A stretch of 64,000 nt of DNA, from assembly GCA_964016885.1 (NCBI GenBank), contig OZ024747.1, positions 10,850,001 through 10,914,000 of the forward strand, given 5' to 3'. Below, piece by piece: positions 56,557-64,000 of this stretch. This DNA is from Eledone cirrhosa (lineage: Eukaryota). The position numbers and the translations under genes were made by a program. Below the pieces are notes generated by a model. The model was not told where the DNA came from. It was given only the letters and a program-made list of their open reading frames with translations, and searched no databases. The number at the start of each line of letters is the position of its first letter. Positions within the stretch are counted from its first letter, which is position 1.

Positions 56557-56744
56557 GTGTGAGTATGTTCACACACACACACGCACACACACACACACCT
56601 ATATGTTGGTGTATTCCTGTGTTGGAGGTTTAACCAGACTAAAATAAGTAATAAGTAGTTTGAACAAGTAACTCACCATTACAGCCAGGTTGTAATTACT
56701 GTATATTTCTACCGTTGAATGCCTATGATATCTACCTTATGCTG

Positions 56745-56801
<57 letters not shown>

Positions 56802-56960
56802 CTGTCTGATGACCTCATTGTTTTACTATATAGTTATAACATAGGTATTAGTTAAACATCTTGCATTGAAACAGTTGTAAAGTTATCAAATGATTTAAGA
56901 TATCTATTCTATCATCTTATTTTGTTACACCCCATCCCCAGACACGCTACCCCACACACT

Positions 56961-57386
<426 letters not shown>

Positions 57387-57414
57387 GATAACAAGTTATC
57401 GTTTTAGGTAATCC

Positions 57415-57525
57415 AGTATTCCGATGATTTGATCAGAGACACACACTGTATTTAAGGTCGATTGACGCAATTTCGAGTGATTAGCGGCCTTTAGACTCAC
57501 CTGATCAATGAAACAATTGTTAATA
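57415..57525 (+). ncRNA. Hammerhead ribozyme, family B copy 2 (core CCGATGA, U4C)
   Basis: Colinear with 3073-3181, with the same long stem II and ACAATTGT stem III. Confidence 0.6.
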
Positions 57526-57621
57526 ATGTAAATAAAACCCTTTTTGTACAACCGACCATGTTAATCTTTACTCTTTCACTACTATATGTATATATGTATA
57601 TATATATATATATTTACACAT

Positions 57622-57728
<107 letters not shown>

Positions 57729-57784
57729 AAAAATGGTCTTTTTTGAAAACCTCTACAATAAATCTCCAGGTACCAAAATACACG

Positions 57785-57823
<39 letters not shown>

Positions 57824-58276
57824 TCATATATATATATATGTATATATATATATGAATGTATATATATATGTGTGTGTGTGTGTGTTTGTATGAGTGAGTG
57901 TATGCGTGTGTTTGTGCGTATATATATGTGTAAGTGCGTGGGTGTGGGTATGCGTGTATGTGTGTGCCAGTGTCTGTGTGCGTGTGTATGTATGTGTGTG
58001 CCAGTGTATGTGTGCGTGTGTGTATGTATGTGTGTGCCAGTGTATGTGTGCGTGTGTGTATGTATGTGTGTGCCAGTGTATGTGTTTGTTTGTGTTCCAT
58101 GATTATGATCTTGTTTTTGTAACTGAACGTAAACTGTCTCAGTAAATCGATATCGATATAGTAGCTGATTGAGACAAATATATTGTGATCAATATATTTG
58201 ATCAGGTAAACTATTGAAGAGGCCGACACCCCTGTATGGCTGCAGGTGAATCATTGCTAACAAACATCTGAACCAC

Positions 58277-58389
58277 TTGTTGTTGGTGTTGGTGCTGTTG
58301 TTGTTGTTATTGTTGTTATTGTTGTTATCGTTGTTGTTGTTGTTGTTATTGTTGTTGTTGTTGTTGTTGTTGTTGTTATTGTTGTTGTT

Positions 58390-58428
<39 letters not shown>

Positions 58429-58795
58429 ATTGTTGTTGTTGTAGTTATTGTTGTAGTTATTGTTGTTGTTGTTGTTATTGTTGTTGTTATTGTTGTTATT
58501 GTTGTTGTTGTTGTTGTTGTTGTTAGTGTTGTTGTTGTTGTTGTTGTTGTAGTTATTGTTGTAGTTAGTATTGTAGTTATTGTTGTTGTTGTTGTTGTTG
58601 TTATTATTATTGTTGTTGTTGTTATTGTTATTATTGTTGTTGTTATTGGTGTTGTTGTTGTTGTTGTTGTTGTTATTGTTGTTGTTATTGTTATTGTTGT
58701 TATTGTTATTGTTGTGGTTGTTATTGTTGTTATTATTGTTGTTATTGTTGTTGTTGTTATTGTTGTTGTTGTTGTGATGGGTGTTGTTGTTGTTC
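58277..58795. repeat. (TTG/TTA)n microsatellite
   Basis: Directly visible. Confidence 0.95.
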
Positions 58796-59079
58796 ACTGT
58801 TTAATGAGTGATACGAATATCATCAATATATTTTATGGAGATTTTATAACAAAATATATGTGAAATATATATAGTTAGTTTGTATGAGAGAGGGGGAGGG
58901 AGGGTTGGGGAAGAAGATGAAACGGGTTTTCTTCATTACTGGTTGCTGAGGAGGGACAGGTAGATAGACAGAGAGATAGACATATCGACGATTGCTAGCA
59001 GACTACTGATGATGGATAATACCCTCTTTCTCCCGTAACTTTTTTTATTTTCATTATACTTAATTACAACCACATTTTA

Positions 59080-59193
<114 letters not shown>

Positions 59194-59261
59194 TGGGTTT
59201 ACAGAGAGACAGACCGAAAAGGAGAGAGATAGCTCGAAATATGGGTATATATATATATATA

Positions 59262-59338
59262 AAGGGTGTCCCAAAAAATGTATACACACTTCAAGAGCAT
59301 TCTAATAAAAGTATGTATACATTTTTAGGGACACCCAG
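59262..59338. mobile_element. Tiny Tc1/mariner-type MITE
   Basis: TIRs gggtgtcccaaaaaatgtatacacactt / aagtatgtatacatttttagggacaccc within (TA)n. Confidence 0.7.
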
Positions 59339-59438
<100 letters not shown>

Positions 59439-59877
59439 TGTGTCTGTGTGTGCACGTACGCAACTTGTGTATTTGTGTGTACGTGTATGTGTGTGTATAT
59501 GTGTCGGTGTATATGTACATGTGTGAGCATGATGTGAGACTTCGAGTGTGTTAGTATTTCCGTGTCATTGTCTTCATGTCAGCACATGTCTGCCTGTCTG
59601 CCTGTACAGAGTGTAATTTCAGTGTTAAACTGGCTCTAATAAGTATAGAATTAAAAAGACGACTGTGTGTCTGGCTAATAGGTCTAATGATACTTTTGAA
59701 ATCAGGATAACTGGTTAAGCAGACATATGGTCGGCTGTTAAGTTCTACACTGAGATAGGAGTAGCATGGTAGCATGGTCGGGCGAAGGTGGAGGAGATCA
59801 GACCTTACATATATGTAAACAATAATCAAATGGGGTAAAAAATATTGTTTAATATTGTCTATATCTATCTATCTATA

Positions 59878-60001
<124 letters not shown>

Positions 60002-60082
60002 GGTAAACAGAAATATAGACACAATCGGTACAGTATATGGAAGGTATATATTAGGTTAACGCTTGATATAGCAGGAAGAGGG

Positions 60083-60118
60083 TCTTAACGTTTCGGACGC
60101 TAGTCCTTCACCAGAAGA
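60083..60118 (-). ncRNA. Hammerhead ribozyme, family C copy 4 (core CTGGTGA, likely inactive)
   Basis: As 22257-22292 but with A6G. Confidence 0.55.
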
Positions 60119-60163
60119 AAGAATGAGAAATACAATAGATTGAGGAGACGGGCGGGTTATGTT

Positions 60164-60228
<65 letters not shown>

Positions 60229-60316
60229 TTATGTATGTATATATGTATATGTATATATATGTATATATATATGTATGTATATATGTATATATGTATATAT
60301 GTATATATATGTATAG

Positions 60317-60359
60317 ACCGAGCTGAAGATCCGTATAAGGTGAAACATTTGTTCTCGGT
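60317..60359 (+). ncRNA. Type I hammerhead ribozyme (family I)
   Basis: ACCGAG-CTGAAGA-T-CC-gtataa-GG-T-GAAA-CATTTG-T-T^CTCGGT. Perfect 6-bp stem I. Confidence 0.78.
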
Positions 60360-61274
60360 ACGTTGAACAAACTGTTGTGGAACTACTTTTATATATATAT
60401 ATATATATATATATCATAATATTCTCTCGTTGTATCATATCATAATAGCAGATATTAGAAAATCTTAGATAGATGTAGTGTAGATTTAAATATAGTTTTA
60501 AATCGTGAGCCATACTCTTGAAAAACAAAAAAGAACAAATGTCAAAACATTTTGTTATTCCTTTCGCATACAGTTAGTTGGCTGTTCATCCAAAAGTACT
60601 CTTGTTCATCTACCTACAAAGAGAACCTAGACCAAATCGCTAATTATGTCAAACACAAACGAGAATCTAACTGAAATGGTGTAAGGTGCAATCACTGGCA
60701 TCGTCATTAATTAAGCAACACAGGTTATATTAGAAAATGTTAAATAATGCATGAAAGATTCATTCTTAGTTGTTTTTGTTAGAAAAACATTGAAGATTTT
60801 TCTCGTTAATTAGAAAAAACAAACCATCTAGAAATGTTCACCTGTGTTACGTCTGGGCTGTAATGTTTATTAATTCATCATTTTAATATTTATTCCTACC
60901 AAAGAGTGCTGGATTGGTAGAGCGTCGAATAAAATAACATTGTGGTATTTGTTCAGGCATTTTACATTCTGAGTTCAAATCCCGCTGAGATCAACTTCGC
61001 CTTTAATCCCACCGAGGTCGAAAAAATAAAGGATCAAGTATTCTAAAAATGTCTAAAGACTCTCTCGAGTCCGGAGGCTCATCAGGCCGCTGCTTATCTT
61101 GGCTTCTATGGCGTGAAGCGACTGAGAGTACAAGACTCCACCATGGATAGGACGCCAGTCCATCGCAGGCTCATCAGGCTGGTACTTATCTTGGTTTCTG
61201 TGACATGAAACGACTGAGAATGAACATAGTCAGAAGAGGGGGGGGGGGGGTAATGTCCCCGTCAATTGTGAGTG

Positions 61275-61935
61275 CTTCAGGAACTGGCTAGAGGAGGGGT
61301 AGTGCCCCCGACAATTGACAGGGCTTTAGGAACTGGCTAGAGGAGGGGTAGTGCCCCCGACAATTGACAGGGCTTTAGGAACTGACAAGGCTTGACAGGG
61401 CTTCAGGAACTGGCTAGAGGAGGGGTAGTGCCCCCGACAATTGACAGGGCTTTAGGAACTGACAAGGCTTGACAGGGCTTCAGGAACTGGCTAGAGGAGG
61501 GGTAGTGCCCCCGACAATTGACAGGGCTTTAGGAACTGACAAGGCTTGACAGGGCTTCAGGAACTGGCTAGAGGAGGGGTAGTGCCCCCGACAATTGACA
61601 GGGCTTTAGGAACTGACAAGGCTTGACAGGGCTTCAGGAAGTGGCTAGAGAAGGGGCTAGTGCCCCCGATAATTGACAGGGCTTCAGGAACTGACAAGGC
61701 TTGATAGGGCTTCTGGAACTGGCTACAGGAGGGGGTAGTGTCCCCGACAATTGACAGGGCTTTAGGAACTGACAAGGCTTGACAGGGCTTCAGGAAGTGG
61801 CTAGAGAAGGGGCTAGTGCCCCCGATAATTGACAGGGCTTCAGGAACTGACAAGGCTTGATAGGGCTTCTGGAACTGGCTACAGGAGGGGGTAGTGTCCC
61901 GACAATTGACAGGGTTTGACAGAGCTTCAGGAACC
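61275..61935. repeat. 77-bp (49+28) minisatellite
   Basis: Tandem ggaactggctagaggaggggtagtgcccccgacaattgacagggctttaggaactgacaaggcttgacagggcttca. Confidence 0.92.
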
Positions 61936-62642
61936 TGATGGGTTGATGAAACAAGTAGAGGTGCATCAAAATATCGAGAAATCCCTCGTCTGGATGTTTG
62001 TGTCTGAGTGGACTCCATTAAAGATAATCAAATGTAAATGGTGATATTAAACTGGTTGGCGGATTAGTTGTAACTTATAAGTATATGTATGGACCCTTAA
62101 CTCCTGCTGGAGTGGAAGGGGCGCCGTTTTAAGTATTTTAAAGCTAGCATAGCCCATCTCTCTTCAAGTCTGAAGACAGCCGATTTCTTCCAGAGACGTT
62201 GTGAGAGAGAGAGAGAGGGGGGGGGGCGAGAGAAAGAAAGAGAGAGAGAGAGGGAGAGAGATAGAGAGAGATGGAGAGAAAGAGAGAGATGGAGAGAGAG
62301 AGAAGAGAGAGATGGAAAGAGAGAGATATGGAGAGATGGAGAGAGAGATATGGAGAGAGGGAGAGAGAGAGAGAGAGATATGAAGAGAGAGGGAGAGAGA
62401 GAGAGAAAGAAAGAGAGAGAGCGAGAGAGAATTGACCCCAGTACTTGACTGATACTTCTGTAATTGACCTGGAAATGGTGAAAGACACAAGGTCTAATGT
62501 ACCAAGAAAATAATATATACAGTTCATTCTAGCCACAGATTTGTGTCATCTCTCAATTTCCTTCATAAAAGCTTGTGTCAAACCTGAGGCCATTGTAGAA
62601 GACGAATATGACAGGGTTACATGTATGCAGTAATTAGTAGAC

Positions 62643-62805
62643 AGGCGGTGAAGTGACAGAGTCGTTAGAACGTCGGATAGAATGCTTTGAGGTATTTATT
62701 TCAGTTCCCTGCTCTCTGAGTTCAAATCCCACCGAGGTCAACTTTGCCTTTCATCTATTCAAGGTCGATAAAAAACAAATACCAGTCAAGTATTGGGGTC
62801 GATTC
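62643..62805 (+). mobile_element. Older tRNA-derived SINE (another at 60910-61030)
   Basis: ctgagttcaaatcccaccgaggtcaactttgcctttcatc...gtcgataaa. Confidence 0.7.
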
Positions 62806-63277
62806 TTCCTCTATATCTCTTTCTCACTTTCTTTCTGTCACTCTTTCTATCTTTCTCTGGAAGAAATCTGCTGCTTTTGACCTGGAGAGAAATGGGCTCA
62901 ACCAGGTTTTAAAATCGCATAGAAACACCGCATGTCAATACAGCGCCCCCTATGACTCCCCCAGAAGTTAAGGAACCCTGAATGCATATAATTAGTAGAC
63001 ATAAACTACCCCAAGAGGACCTAATTCCTTTAAGATTATTCCAATAAAATAATTACTCAATTGAAGCCCGCCAATTCTCTGGGTGTAGATATATGTTCTT
63101 TAAGGCTATCTTAAGGTGTCACAGCGGCATTGAACCCACCACTTGCGAAACACACGAACACATGTCAATGGCGAAGCAGAAAAAAAAAAAATTAAAAAAT
63201 AAGAAATGAAAATAAGAGTTTAAAGAAAATTCCTTTGTGTATTAATTTCTGTAAGAATGGTAGAGAAGAAGATGGAG

Positions 63278-63343
<66 letters not shown>

Positions 63344-63415
63344 TAAATATATATATAAACATATACATATACAAATATATAAATACATACATAGATAAAT
63401 ATATATATAAATATG

Positions 63416-63476
<61 letters not shown>

Positions 63477-63515
63477 TTATATATATATTTATCTATGTAT
63501 GTATTTATTTATTTG

Positions 63516-63597
<82 letters not shown>

Positions 63598-64000
63598 TAT
63601 ACATACATAAATAAATAAATACATACATACATAAATATATAAATATATACATACCTACACAAATAGATATACAAATACATACATACAGACATAAATATAT
63701 AAATAAATGCATAGTTAAATAATTATAAAAATACGTACATACATACATAAATATATATAACGAAAACAAAGAGTTTAATAAATACAAAGACTTTTAAAAA
63801 AATTTCCTTAAACATTAAGAGAAATTATATCGGCATAGAAATTCAATTAAAAGCAAGAACTACAGGTATGTTTTGTGTTTGTTTCAAAATGTGTTTAACG
63901 AACTTGCAGGTGTTTAATTCTTCAACAAGTGGTGTCTATATAACGGTAAATGTATGTATGTATGTATGTATGTATGTATGTATGTATGTATGTTTTCTCT

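Noticed and set aside
56801-56885. CTGATGA...GAAACAGTTGTA hammerhead-like motif
   Set aside because: The core and a near-palindromic stem III are present, but stems I and II do not pair convincingly. At best a decayed copy.
61060-61220. Minus-strand CTGATGAGCC motifs, twice
   Set aside because: They are followed by GAGA or no GAAA, and lie in what looks like a duplicated SINE 3' tail.

Overview
Repeat-saturated animal genomic DNA, very rich in (TA)n/(CA)n/(GA)n and trinucleotide tracts, with one 200-N gap (36109-36308). The SINE/MITE repertoire looks octopus-like; this is an inference from recall, not a database result. No host protein-coding gene can be supported, and almost all ORFs in the track are microsatellite translations. 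The real coding remnants are transposon-derived: a Penelope-like (PLE) GIY-YIG endonuclease domain (52187-52645), CRE-type restriction-like endonuclease fragments (26421-26870 and 47.2-47.6 kb), and RTE-LINE and mariner fragments. The main signal is non-coding. The short unique islands embedded in (TA)n tracts contain at least 8 sequence-unrelated families of type I hammerhead ribozyme (CUGAnGA - stem II - GAAA - often palindromic stem III - NUH - stem I), about 15 full or near-full copies. Many sit in asymmetric fold-back structures: a 327-bp near-perfect palindrome carries a ribozyme on each strand, and one family folds back at ribozyme stem II. A perfect 404-bp palindrome has the same long-arm/short-arm layout but no intact core. 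This looks like a diverse population of (TA)n-targeting PLE pseudo-LTR or retrozyme-like elements. The window also has a ~5-kb direct duplication across the gap, a composite higher-order microsatellite, several motif-bearing minisatellites and two weak promoter-like islands.
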